This document shows, piece by piece, positions 13,253-26,961 of a DNA stretch of 64,000 nucleotides; position 1 is the first letter of the stretch, and every line of letters begins with the position of its first letter. The notes under the pieces are model-generated. The model was not told where the DNA came from, did not search any database, and was given only the letters and a program-made list of their open reading frames with translations. The translations under genes and the position numbers were made by a program. Origin of the DNA: Octopus vulgaris (lineage: Eukaryota); the NCBI GenBank assembly GCA_951406725.2, contig OX597834.1:2418001-2482000 (forward strand). Direction: 5' to 3'.

Positions 13253-13839
13253 ATGTGTGTGCATTTATATATGGCACACACATATGTATACGTCAGTAAT
13301 CTACTGAGATCGAATTAGTCTATTAATAATCATTTTGTTTTGTTTTTCTAAACGACCCTTTCGCCACCCCACCTAATCAACCACGCAAATTCCGATACAC
13401 AACTTACGAAATTAATCCTCGCTGACGAATCTATACTTTGGGGTTTGATGTAGATTCTGACAAAATGGCGTCGGTTATCGTCTGTTGCTTCTCCACATCG
13501 CAACGATCGCTTGGTAATGGCAACGGACGGCTGGCAATTAAAGTAGGATGTTAGTGGGGGTGAGAGAACGAAATTTATATTTTATCAATATTTGCAGTGA
13601 AGCCTTTCAATTCTATAATGATGTCTTTGTGTAAAGCAGGGAGCGATGTATTAACAACAGGATGTAGTTTGGGAGAGAGAAAGAGAGATAGAGAGAGTGA
13701 GAAGGGGGAGAGGAGAAGGATGAGAAGAGAAAGGAGAATGAGAGAAGAGGAGAGGGGGGATTAGGTTTTAAAAGAGTTTGGTAATCTGAAGACATGGATT
13801 AATGGAATGAGACACTGGTGGGTGGGAGAAACGTCGATA

Positions 13840-14840
<1,001 letters not shown>

Positions 14841-15257
14841 AAGGGGCCCACCCATCCCGTTCCTCTGTCCCTCTGATTTCCCCACACTTCTTCAGATCAC
14901 CGCCTCCTTCCCCGCTTGAACCTCCACCCTTTGATGTTCCGCTTTATTACATCAGCATCTCGTATGCATGTTATGTGCATATTATGTGCACGTTATGCAC
15001 ATGAGAGACGATTATGAAGTTGTGTGTCATTTATGGTATGTGTAGGCGCTGCGCGAACCCCCGACCACTCATTCGGGGCCTTTCTCCAGCGGTTATTGCT
15101 TTTCCTTAGCAAGATGGCCGCCACGCTGTTGCTGCTGCTGCGGCTGCTGTGTCTATGCAATATGGCGGCAGTGACTGGGAACAGTCTTTCGCTCGCTTCA
15201 TCTGTTCCAATAGAAAAGAAGCAAGGATCAAACATATTTGCAATATGTCAGTGCTAA

Positions 15258-15472
15258 TGATGTTGTTGTTACTGTTGTTGTTTACTCTCCCCCTTGTCAT
15301 TAAACAGACTAATAATAAAAGATATTCCAGCCGTGACCGTCCCGTCTTTTTGCTCAGCGAAAGGAATCCACTACAGCCTTATCCAGCATGTCCGTTTCTA
15401 AGACGACAGGATGTGAGTTGAGAAAGATTTAGCTGTTATTTTTAGCATGTCAAACAACCATGTAGAGGCTTG
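15258..15472 (-). mobile_element. interspersed repeat family C
   Basis: (GTT)n..ATTCCAGCCGTGACCGTCCCGTC..GATTTAGCTGTTATTTTTAGCA..GTAGAGGC. Confidence 0.6.
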
Positions 15473-17049
15473 TAATAGAAAGAACCAATATCAAAAGCGC
15501 TCTAACCGTAGCCATCCCGTTTCCCCCCTTCCGCACGCACATGAAACCCAGCAGCAAATTATGCAACGACCTTGGCTGTTCTTTCTTGTAGCTCTATCGA
15601 TCACTTAGCAGACCACGCTGAACTAAGAGGTTGGGTGTGTGTGTGGATTGCAAGAATCGTTAGAGTGGCAGATAAATATGTCTTGAGATAATCAATAGCG
15701 GCGTTTGTGCGTTCAAATCTCAGTAAAAATCCCACAGGACCAAGGGGCGACTTTTCATCTTTGTGAAATCGATACAATAAATATGTTATATATTGAGATC
15801 GATTTCATCAACATAATGGTTCCCTTAGTTGTGGAGGCGATTGGGGTTGTGGGGTAAGATATTGCGTTGATAGAAACCGATTCCAACAACTCCAAGGCAA
15901 CGAGAGAACCTCTACTTAACCTGTTAGAAACAGCAGCTAAATACCCCTAGAACCACATTCAACTGTATTAACTTTTTCTTGTCCTAAACATCCATGCTTG
16001 TTTTCAAACTTTTACCAAGCCCTTGTTTCATACATTTTGAGTAATACAAAACCTCTCTTTTACATATCCCAAATTACTTAAGAATGTATACCATGGTGCA
16101 TGGCTGCCAGAGGAATATGTCCAGTGTATCAGATGTGAAAGGCATATGGTCAACACCACCATCAAGCCACCACTGAAATCACAGCCTCACAAGCGATGGA
16201 GATAATTGTTTGACATTTAAGACTTCTAATTTTTCAAAACATTTTCGCAAGTTTGTCTTAAACGTCCATTCTTGTCTTAGTTGGTTCTTGTTTCATGCAT
16301 TCTGAGTAAGAATCTTTTTACAAGTCCCAAGTCACTCTAATAGTTGAAAAATATTGAGAATGTGTATCGTATATGGTGCATGGGCGCCAGAGAAATAAAT
16401 CACTGGACAGGCAAAGAGTTTGAAAGAAAAGAAGGAAGGAAACATTTCTTTCCATTGGTTTGGGCTGAAGTAAAGATTTGTCTTGTGGTAACTGGGGAAG
16501 AAGACTTAGATACACAATATATCAAAACCAGACTGGATGGTCATAACTGGGACACATTTTTCATTGATCTGTTGAATCAGGACAAATCCGGGGATTACAC
16601 AACTTCTGTTTAGCTCAAATAGACCACTGGTTACATCTGTTTCTCCTTTACTTGGCCACCACTCAGCATTTGGGTTGTCTATTTTATAGCAGACATATTG
16701 ACAAACAATACTCCCCACCCATCATCACCATCATCATCACCACTCTAGTGAAACAGTCAAACAAAACAAATATGCAGTAAAACACCGTTAAAATATCAGT
16801 ACAGTATGGCGGTTATTCTAATTAGTTACGTCACATTACTTCGCCATAACAACGCCGCCATGTTGAACGGTTACAGTCAGCGAACTTCGGTGCAACGCGT
16901 CAACCATCGGAAATGGTTAGATCAACCATCTTCATCACAATATTGCAAGAACAGACAAGAGTTGTTCTTTTGCTTGTCTTTGGAAGAGTGAATACTCGAA
17001 GCGTAAAAGACAGTTCCTTTTTTATTCCTCCCCGCCACCCCCAGTCTAT

Positions 17050-17413
17050 CGTATCTTTTCATTTGTTTCAGTCATTCAACTGCGACCAAGCTGGAGCATT
17101 ACCTTGAAGAATTTTTAGTCGAACGAATCGACCCCAGGACATACATACATACATACATACATATATACATAGGTACATACATACATACATACATACATAC
17201 ATACATACATACATGCATATGTAGATACACACACACACACACACACGCAAACACACACACATATATATATATATATAGCGAGCTTCTTTCAGTTTCCGTC
17301 TACAAATTCCACTCACAAGGCTTTGGTCGGCCCGAGGCTATAATAGAAGACACTTACCCGAGGTGGGACTGAACTCGGAACCAAGCTTCTTACCACACAG
17401 TCACGCTTGCGCC
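17050..17413 (-). mobile_element. SINE family A with internal deletion
   Basis: Tail and head halves present; the middle is replaced by (ACAT)n. Confidence 0.85.
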
Positions 17414-17494
17414 TGTTCGTTTGTTTTTCCTTTTACCCAATCTTGTATTATGTAATTTTGCACCATACGCCACAGCTACATCATCTGGTTTCAC

Positions 17495-17697
17495 CACAAT
17501 ATGGCTGCCTCACTGAACGATTGCGACTCCCACATTCACTACAATATGGCGGACATAGCAAATGCTTAAAACACCGACACATCACCGCAATATGGCGGCC
17601 ATGTCAAATAGCGATACATCAACCATCTTCATCAGGCATGGCGGCAAGGGAAACATAGCGCCATGCCTTCCACAGTTTTCATCACAATGTGGCGGGT
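17495..17697. promoter_or_regulatory. periodic array of YY1-like motifs (CAATATGGCGGC)
   Basis: Motif variants at 17497, 17542, 17588, ~17634 and 17685, with ~45-50 bp spacing and divergent spacers. Function is inferred only. Confidence 0.4.
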
Positions 17698-17832
17698 AGG
17701 CTGTGTACCCTCTCCTTTCTCCTGCAGCATCATGTGTGTGGCTGGGGGAGGGCAGGGGCTGATCAGTGTCCGTAAAATTATTAATTTAATGATCAAAATG
17801 ATCGAAGCCGTTAATAGAATAAGATCAAACAA

Positions 17833-17887
<55 letters not shown>

Positions 17888-17901
17888 CTCTCTCACACAC
17901 A

Positions 17902-17958
<57 letters not shown>

Positions 17959-17963
17959 ACACT

Positions 17964-18015
<52 letters not shown>

Positions 18016-18310
18016 CAAGCAAACACACGAGCGCGCGCACACACATACAGGCAAATACAGATACAGATATACAAACGTTCACATGTAGCGGAATGCACAA
18101 TATGCAAATGCCTACACATGGGCATACAGACACATATAAACATACATATATGTATGTATACAAACACCAATACACATACACACACATACATATATACATA
18201 CACAAGACATGCCAAAAGGCAATACATGTAGATATACGTGCAATACATACATACACACATACATACATACATACATACATACATACATACATTTATACAT
18301 ATTACGCAAA

Positions 18311-18896
18311 ACACGCTCTAAAAGGTGTGTGGAGTGTAGCTTGCATCGGAGGGTAGCTTTAGCTTCTACTTGAGTGTGGGTTTACTTTCCACTGGAGTGT
18401 ACACTCATTTCTGAATCCAAGACTTGGAATATTATATTTCACTCAAGTATTGAGTATACCTTACAGACTTCATCGAGTACTTACACTCGAGAGCAACTAA
18501 TAAGCTGCGCTCAAAGTGAGGGAATGGCTAAACTGACTTGAGTTCATGAGAGCCGAGTGGTCACTGACACTTGAGTGTGATTAAATAATGTAAAAAGCTA
18601 CCCTCGATAGATTTCACACGATGTATGTGTTAATTCAACAGTTTTATTAACTTGCACTCGCGTTAAGTACTCACTTATACTCAATAGATGTGTTTTCTTA
18701 CATTCGAAGCACTTAAACTCGAGTGATGTGTTAAGTTACACTCAAAGTATGCGGTATATTTATTTTGCAAGAAGCCAACAATTGAGTGAAGTAAGAGATG
18801 AGTGGACGGAAGCGGCTAAACATTGAGTGGAATATATCTTTAAGAGCCAAAAGTTGAGTGTTCACTCCAGCTCTCTTTCTCTTTCTTTCTGAGTGT
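18311..18896. repeat. ACTC/GAGT-patterned degenerate element (possible non-autonomous DNA transposon)
   Basis: Many CACTC(A) and (T)GAGTG motifs in both orientations. Internal inverted pair GAGGGTAGCTTT (18350) / AAAGCTACCCTC (18594). Confidence 0.45.
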
Positions 18897-19815
18897 CTGT
18901 CTGTCGATATCTCTGTTTCTCTATCTCTTACATACACAGACTTATACATATAAATACACACACGGACACACTCAGACGTACATAAACATGTAGACACACA
19001 CTCATACTCAGACACACACAGACGCACAGTCGCAGACATACACAAATACAAACACACACACACACACACACACAATGGCTCGCACACAAACTCACACGCA
19101 CAGACACGTACAAATTCACACAAACACACACACATACGCATACACATAAGCACAAAAATACCCACGCACACACAGACACGTACAAATTCACACAAACACT
19201 CGCATACGATAACGAAGTATTAAGACGTAACAAGCAACAAGCCGTAAAGACAGCCATTAACAATCTGAAATATGGCTGGGATGAAAGATGGCGGCGACGG
19301 GAGAAGAAATGCAAGGTTTGATTGGGAGTCTTAAAGGGATTCCCTTTAAACATAATCTATATTGAATGATCAATATAGGGAAATTGTGGTTTTACGGACA
19401 GGAAAATAGGGATCCCGCCGCATCTTCCCCACCTTACTCCACATTCCTCTTCTATAGCCACATCCTCTTCTCTCTCTCCCTAATTTGTGACTGGATTTCT
19501 AAAAGGCTCCTGTCGAGCTTTCTTTGAGTTTATTGTAAATCCGTTCATGTATCGCCACAAACATACACGTGATTTATCTATCTGTGCTCATATATAAATG
19601 TGTATGTATGTATGTACGTATATACATATGTATGTATGTTTGTATGTATGTATGTATGTATGTGTGCGTATGGTCATGTGTGCACCACGTCCTCGCGTTA
19701 TGGTTTTTTCTTGTTTGTTCTTCTTTGTTTGGATTCACTATACATATATGTATGTGTGTGTGTGTGTGTGTATGTATGTTCATGTGTATATACATATGAT
19801 ATATGTATATATATA

Positions 19816-19861
<46 letters not shown>

Positions 19862-19994
19862 AACATACACCCATTTACATATACCTATACAAATGTCTGT
19901 GTATACACACACGCACACACACATATGTATCTATCACACATATATCTGTTTATATATATACATATACCTACATAAATGTGTGTACATATATATA

Positions 19995-20036
19995 TTTATA
20001 TCTATCTGCCTAACTGTCTGTCTGTCTGTCTGTCAC

Positions 20037-20122
<86 letters not shown>

Positions 20123-20123
20123 A

Positions 20124-20206
<83 letters not shown>

Positions 20207-20207
20207 A

Positions 20208-20253
<46 letters not shown>

Positions 20254-20254
20254 A

Positions 20255-20314
<60 letters not shown>

Positions 20315-20315
20315 A

Positions 20316-20392
<77 letters not shown>

Positions 20393-20395
20393 CCT
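19995..20395. repeat. (TCTA)n microsatellite, ~400 bp
   Basis: Directly visible. Confidence 0.97.
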
Positions 20396-20671
20396 AGATA
20401 TAATGCGAGTAAGAGAAATGTGGCAAGAGCAAAGACAAAGCTTTGAAACTGAGTGAGGGTAATTAGAAAGGTAACGTGATAAGATAACAGAGTAACAAGG
20501 AGTGAACGGATAATAAAGAGAATGACAGACTGATGGATTGATCGATAGATAGACAGATAGATAGAGTAACAAAGAGAGGGAGAGATAGAGAGAAGGAGCG
20601 GCTACTAAATTACAGAGATGTAAACAAATCAATGCTCGGTGCGAAACAGAAATACATTCAAACGTAAAGAT

Positions 20672-20842
20672 ACACACGTATACACGACGGGCTTCCACAC
20701 AGTTTCTGTCTACTAAATCCACTCACAAAGCATTGAATGGCTCGGCGGCTTCAGAAGACAGCTGCCCAAGATACCATGCAGTGGGGCCGAAGCTGAAACT
20801 TTGCGGTAGCAAAGCGAGATTCTTAACCGCACGGCCATGGCT
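20672..20842 (-). mobile_element. SINE family A head half, degenerate
   Basis: CGACGGGCTTC..AAATCCACTCACAA..GAAGACAGCTGCCCAAG..GCAGTGGG. Confidence 0.75.
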
Positions 20843-21167
20843 ATTCTTATATCGGAAATATGTTTGCATAAATTACATTCATATTAATCATATGTACATA
20901 AATTATATATATATATTATAAATATATATATATTTATTAATTATACTTGCACATAAATTATATATATATTTAAATATATTTACATAAATAGACTTATATT
21001 TACTTGATTTCCGCGATTTATACTAAAAAGGTGGATGGGGTGTATATGGGGAAAAGTGGGAAACATTATTATTATTGAACAAATAAAGACGTTCCATGAG
21101 TGACCATCCTCACTATACTATACTAACCAACATATATGCTATCATTATTAATTAATATATGTCTGCT

Positions 21168-21360
21168 GGGCGGCGAGCTGGCAGAATCGTTACCGAACTG
21201 GGGGAAAATGTTTAGCGTTATTTCTTCCGACTTGACGTTCTGAGTTCAAATGCCACAGGGGTCGATAAAATGAGTACCAGTTGAATACTGGGGTCGGTGA
21301 AATCGATTTATCCTGTTCTCTGAAATCGCAGGCCTTGTGGCAAAATTTGAAATCAGTACA
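21168..21360 (+). mobile_element. SINE family B
   Basis: GGCGGCGAGCTGGCAGAATCGTT head, B box GAGTTCAAAT and GGGGTCGATAAAATGAGTACCAG (Meta-like). Confidence 0.85.
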
Positions 21361-21464
21361 CAAATGTCTCTTTCCTTTGTTTAACAAAGAAGGCTGTGTG
21401 TTTTGACGGGGATTTGGCGGCTATTTCCAGCAGGTGAATGGACATGTAGCGTCTAACAGTAAAG

Positions 21465-21994
21465 ATAGTGTTGTGGTGGCGGTGGTAGTGGCGGTGTTGG
21501 TAATTCTGATGATGATGATGATGATGGTGATGGTGAAAATAATGTTGATTATGATGATGCTGGTTGTGTTGATGGTTGTTATGATAATGGTAATGAGAAT
21601 GACGGATGTCATAAGGATAACTTTGATGATGATGGTGATGAATAGGAGTGAGGGTAGGGGGGGGAATAGTGCTGATGATGATGATGGTGGTGGTGATGGT
21701 GGTGGTGGTGATGGTGGTGGTGGTGATGGTGGTGATGGTAATGATTAGGTCTATGACGAATAGATGAAATATATAAATATATTCCTGATGATAGTGGTGA
21801 TAACATGGTGGCGGTGATGATGACGACGATGATGAGGATGAGGATGACTGGACGTGGTGGTGAGGGTGGTGGTGGGGGGTTGTGATAATGATAAGAGTAA
21901 CACGGAAAATCGCAAAAGAATATGAATAAGAATATGAATATGAAGAAGAAGAAGGAAAAGATAAGGAAGTAGAAATAATAATAATAACAATAAC

Positions 21995-22029
<35 letters not shown>

Positions 22030-22236
22030 TAATAATAAGAAGAGGAAGAAGAAAAATAATAATAAGAAAAAGATGGAAGAGAAAAACACGAAAAGGAAGA
22101 GGATGATAAAGAAACAGAAGACACGAAGAGGAAAAAGAAAAGGAAAAAACGAAGAAGGCGACGAAGATGATGAGGAAAAGGAAGAGAAAGAGGAAGAAAA
22201 TGAACAACAAGAAGAAGAACAACAACAACAGCACAA
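21465..22236. repeat. trinucleotide mosaic (GAT/GGT, AAT, GAA)
   Basis: Directly visible. Source of the poly-H/I/S ORFs. Confidence 0.92.
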
Positions 22237-22462
22237 ATGAAGATTTAGCGTTTCGGGGTTAAAAGAAAGAAGAAAGGAATAAGAAATGCAAATGAAGTGT
22301 TTCTGGTATATTGACTATGGCAGCCATTGTTGTTGGTCGAACGATTGTGTGAAATATTGATAGAATTATATATACAGTGTATATATGTAATGGGTGTGTA
22401 ATATAGAGATAATGGGGATAAATTCTGAGTGTATAAATATGGATGTACGGAGATTCCCTGTG

Positions 22463-22499
<37 letters not shown>

Positions 22500-22503
22500 C
22501 ACA

Positions 22504-22561
<58 letters not shown>

Positions 22562-22671
22562 TACATATATATATATAATACATGCAAAGATATATACGCA
22601 CATACACTTGAACGTACTTATATCAACGCAGATATATTTCACATTAACACAGAGAGATTGTTTTGTACGTG

Positions 22672-22732
<61 letters not shown>

Positions 22733-22779
22733 GTGTGTGTGTGTCGATGCATACGTATACGTATACATACAATTATATG

Positions 22780-23290
22780 TGAGGCACGCAGTGAATGTTC
22801 GCGGAGTTATGGCTGCTGAGGAGAATAAGGGCAAGATGGAAGGCGTTTAGCTTGATAAAGGATGTGCCCCAAACAAAGACAGACAATACCATTGGTGCCA
22901 TACTCTTCCACAGTTCCACCCTACCTGTGATCTTATATGCGAGTGAGACGAGGAGCGACGACGCCATTGATCAGCCATTGATCAGCGACGACGCCAACGG
23001 CCATGTAAAGATCCATGCTTGCCACAAGGTTAAGAGAAAACATTCGAAATGAAATAATTCAAGGGTGGATCAGAGTGAGCGATATGATGGCGGAGTGGAG
23101 AAAGGACAAGTTTCTCTGGATCGGACACGTGCAGTGGCCAAGTGGTGTCTAATAGTTCGGAAAAGGCTGCTTGGAAGATCTAAACGGCGATAGGAAAACG
23201 GTTTAGTCAAGCAATTTGGGTCAACATAAAAAAGAATGGCACAATCAAGACAGAACTTGAAGCGCAATGTGATCAGCGGTGTGTAATAGC
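22780..23290 (+). pseudogene. RTE-clade LINE reverse transcriptase C-terminal relic
   Basis: RRIRARWKAFSLIKDV..LFHSSTLPVILYASET, then ENIRNEII and WIGHV in shifted frames. These fit the typical RTE 'LP.LLYGSETW...IRNE.I..W.GHV' motifs. Confidence 0.8.
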
Positions 23291-23653
23291 ACGTGATAGT
23301 CTGGCCGATACTGTCATACTGTGATATAACAAATATACACACACGCGAACACACATACATATACGTTAATGTTGAACGACGAGAATGAGTGCACAACACC
23401 GCATTGATGGATAGAATTACTTTATTTGTGTATTAAGGCTACCATTGGTTTCATGTTGAGAAAAGTATCTTAATATCTTAACAATTTTCTCAAGCCGATC
23501 ACATGGTGGAATGGTGTTCGTCTCCCAAATGGAGATGAACACCATTCCTCCATGTGATCGGCTTAAAAATTGTTAAAATATTAAGATATTTTCTTCATAC
23601 ATACATACATACACACTCTTACACACACACACTCACACACATATATATGTATG

Positions 23654-23699
<46 letters not shown>

Positions 23700-23725
23700 A
23701 ACACACACACACATATATAAATATG

Positions 23726-23786
<61 letters not shown>

Positions 23787-23987
23787 GCATGTATGAATGT
23801 ATATCTAAAACAAGAATTGGGATTTGAGGTATCAAACAGTTCGTATTAAGCTCTTCACCTGGTACATGGCTATCAAGAAAGACCGTGATTAATAAGACAA
23901 GGATGTAATCTCAGCGCCGTTTTGAATGTCTGGAATCACAATGGTGGAAGAGTATGTATAAAAATTGATCAGATAAGAGAAGTGAAG

Positions 23988-24110
23988 CGACAGGCTTCTT
24001 CCAGTTTCCGTCAGTCAAATCCAATCAGAAGTTTTTGCCGCCCCGAGATAATATTTGAAGACGTTCACCCCAGGGATTGAACCTGAAGCCATTTGGGGAA
24101 GCAAACAGCA
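23988..24110 (-). mobile_element. SINE family A degenerate head fragment
   Basis: CGACAGGCTTCTTCCAGTTTCCGTC..AAATCCA..GGGATTGAACC. Confidence 0.6.
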
Positions 24111-24134
24111 CACATTTGTGCCTTTATATATATT

Positions 24135-24617
24135 TAGTAACCCATCGCCATATCACGGTTCATATATCACGCACTCAGTACATCACAGATTTTTCTGGCT
24201 AATATATGTAAATTTATATCGCGGACTCCTGAGTATATCGCGGGTTTCTGCGGCCGATCGATATTTATATATTTTTAAATTTTAATTATTTCTGTGGTAA
24301 AATAAGCATTTTCACGTCAAAAAAAATTAATAAATAAAAATACAGTACGGTACCGCACTGTATAACAAACTAATTAAAATATATTAAAAGAAAATTCGTA
24401 AAGTACCGTAGACGAGTAAACAAAGAATCGTACATACTGTATGGAAAGCAAAACTTGGGAGGCGAGTGTGTGGTGTTGTTTTGCATTCATAATAAAAATA
24501 AAATAAATATATACAAATTATAAAATAATAATAAAAAAAAAATACAGTACAATACTGTTTCTACTTCGCGGATTTTCACCGGAGTGGGGGGGTTGGAACG
24601 TAGTCGAGGGATTACTG
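24135..24617. mobile_element. Tigger/pogo-type non-autonomous DNA transposon (MITE)
   Basis: Left end TAGTAACCCATCG, right end CGAGGGATTACTG followed by TA. Subterminal (A/T)TCGCGG repeats and an AT-rich core. Confidence 0.75.
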
Positions 24618-24620
24618 TAT

Positions 24621-24665
24621 ATAATGCGACGATGGCTCAGCTGACCGAAACTTCGAAGTCCCTAT
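24621..24665 (+). ncRNA. degenerate hammerhead-like motif
   Basis: GCGACGA-U-GG(CUCAGCUGA)CC-GAAA-CUUCGAAG-UC. Palindromic stem III (ACUUCGAAGU) and a GUC triplet are present, but the CUGANGA box has two substitutions. Confidence 0.4.
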
Positions 24666-24789
24666 CAGTGCTGTTCTTGCTTACAGAATAATAAATTTGT
24701 GCACTGCGAAAGTACAGAGTAACCCTTCAGATTAATGCAAAAGCGTTTTTGTTATAACTGCACATAAAAAACAAACGTTCATACATACA

Positions 24790-24925
24790 CACATACATTC
24801 GTGCATCATACATAAATACATACATATACATTCGTACAAACATAAATACATACATATACATTCGTACAAACATAAATACATACATATACATTCGTACAAA
24901 CATAAATACATACATATACATACAT
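24790..24925. repeat. 30-bp tandem repeat (CATAAATACATACATATACATTCGTACAAA) x~3.5
   Basis: Units at 24811, 24841 and 24871, plus a partial unit at 24901. Confidence 0.92.
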
Positions 24926-25024
24926 ACGTACATACATATATACATACAAATACATATATACACATATACATACATACATATACATACATACCTACCTACA
25001 TACATACATACACATATATATATA

Positions 25025-25414
25025 TTCTTTTACTTGTTTCAGTCATTTGACTGCGGCCTTGCTGGAGCACCGCCTTTAGTCGAACAAATCGCCCCCAGGA
25101 CTTATTCTTTGTAAACCTAGTACTTATTCTATCGGTTTCTTTTGCCGAACCGCTAAGTTACGGGGACGAAACACACCAGCATCGGTTGTCAAGCGATGTT
25201 GGGGGGGCACAGACACACAAGCACATACACATTCATATATATACATATATACGACGGGTTTCTTTTAGTTTCCGTCTACCAAATCCACTCACAAGGCTTT
25301 GGTCGGCCCGAGGCTATAGTAAAAGACACTTGCCCAAGGTACCACGCAGTGGGACTGAACCCGGAACCATGTAGTTGGTAAGCAAGCTACTTACCACACA
25401 GCCACTCCTGCGCC
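25025..25414 (-). mobile_element. SINE family A, full length
   Basis: Head GGCGCAGGAGTGGCTGTGTGGTAAG (A box), B box GGGTTCAGTCCC, CORE-like segment and TAAAAGA tail. Confidence 0.93.
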
Positions 25415-25420
25415 TATACC

Positions 25421-25825
25421 CTTTTTACTCTTTTACTTGTTTCAATCATTTGACTGCGGCCATGCTGGAGCACCGCCTTTAGTCGAGCAACTCGACCCCG
25501 GGAATTATTCTTTTTGTAAGCCCAGTACTTATTCTATCGGTCTCTTTTTGCCGAACCGCTAAGTGACGGGGACATAAACACACCAGCATCGGTTGTCAAG
25601 CAATGCTAGGGGAACAAACACAGACACACACACACACACACACATACATATATACATATATACGACAGGCTTCTTTCAGTTTCCGTCTATCAAATCCACT
25701 CACAAGGCATTGGTCGGCCCGGGGCTATAGCAGAAGACACTTGCCCAAGGTGCCACGCAGTGGGATTGAACCCTGAACCATGTGGTTTGTTAGCAAGCTA
25801 CTTACCACACAGCCACTCCTGCGCC
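25421..25825 (-). mobile_element. SINE family A, full length, tandem with the previous copy
   Basis: Same structure with different diagnostic bases. Confidence 0.93.
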
Positions 25826-25877
<52 letters not shown>

Positions 25878-25889
25878 ATACATACCTAT

Positions 25890-26225
25890 TATTATTGGGG
25901 CCCTGGGAAATGTAACACACTGCCTAAATACCAATATTGAGAAATTAGGATTCTCAAAACTAGAAAGGAGAAAGCTAGTTCGAAGACGACAGATCCAATC
26001 CATCACTGGAACTGTAAAAATCTGTAAAACTTTCCAGAAGTTTATCATTTAAATATGTCTAGATATGCAACTATATGCACGAGAATACATACATAAAGCA
26101 AAAACATACAAACAAACAAAAATACCCTGTTGTTGATGTTGAAATTCCAATGAAGGAGCCTTGGATCTTGGTTCGAAACCGACTCTTTCTCTTTTGGCAA
26201 GACATCTTGAAATAAAACTGAATAA

Positions 26226-26226
<1 letters not shown>
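25890..26226 (+). mobile_element. 5'-truncated LINE-like 3' end, copy 2
   Basis: Near-identical to 6905-7238. Confidence 0.65.
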
Positions 26227-26287
<61 letters not shown>

Positions 26288-26319
26288 ACACACACCATGC
26301 GCATACGTACACAGACAGC

Positions 26320-26530
26320 AGCAGCACCATCAACACCACCGTCGCCGCCGCCCCCGCCACAGTCAAACACCTCTCTGTCCACACCTCATTGATCCACGTG
26401 CCACGATAATGACGAAACAACACCGGCACCATGGCGGAGCTGGGGGAGACGGTGACATGCCACGTGCATCGCGTCATCAGATCTGCACGTCACACAACTT
26501 CCTGTCATAGTCACGTGGTTTTCCGGTTTG
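26320..26530. promoter_or_regulatory. CpG-rich island with E-box/ETS/GC-box cluster
   Basis: CACGTG at 26395, 26461 and 26512, CACGTCA 26486, ACTTCCTG 26498, TTCCGG 26521, CCCCGCC 26352, CCATGGCGG 26429. Confidence 0.4.
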
Positions 26531-26608
26531 TTTTGTTGTTTTAATTTTCTCTTTAATTCAGTCAAAGACTTGAGACGGAAAAAAACATTGAGAAAAAATT
26601 TAATGAAC

Positions 26609-26664
<56 letters not shown>

Positions 26665-26876
26665 TGAGTGTAAGAATATGTTAATGTGTATATATATGAG
26701 TATGTACTATGTTGATGTGTATATTTGTGTGTGTGTGTATGTTCGTGTACGCGTGTCTGTGTTTATGTATGTATAAGTGTATGTTGATGTGTCTTTGTGT
26801 GTGTTTATGTATGTACCAAAATGGGAGATCATTTCTTAGTCCATTGAACCGAAGTCGAATCCTTCAAGTACCACGT

Positions 26877-26961
<85 letters not shown>

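Noticed and set aside
17495-17697. CRISPR-like repeat-spacer appearance
   Set aside because: Repeats are only ~12 bp and inexact, the context is eukaryotic, and there are no cas genes.
21353-22236. Long ORFs with hydrophobic and His runs
   Set aside because: Translations of trinucleotide repeats.
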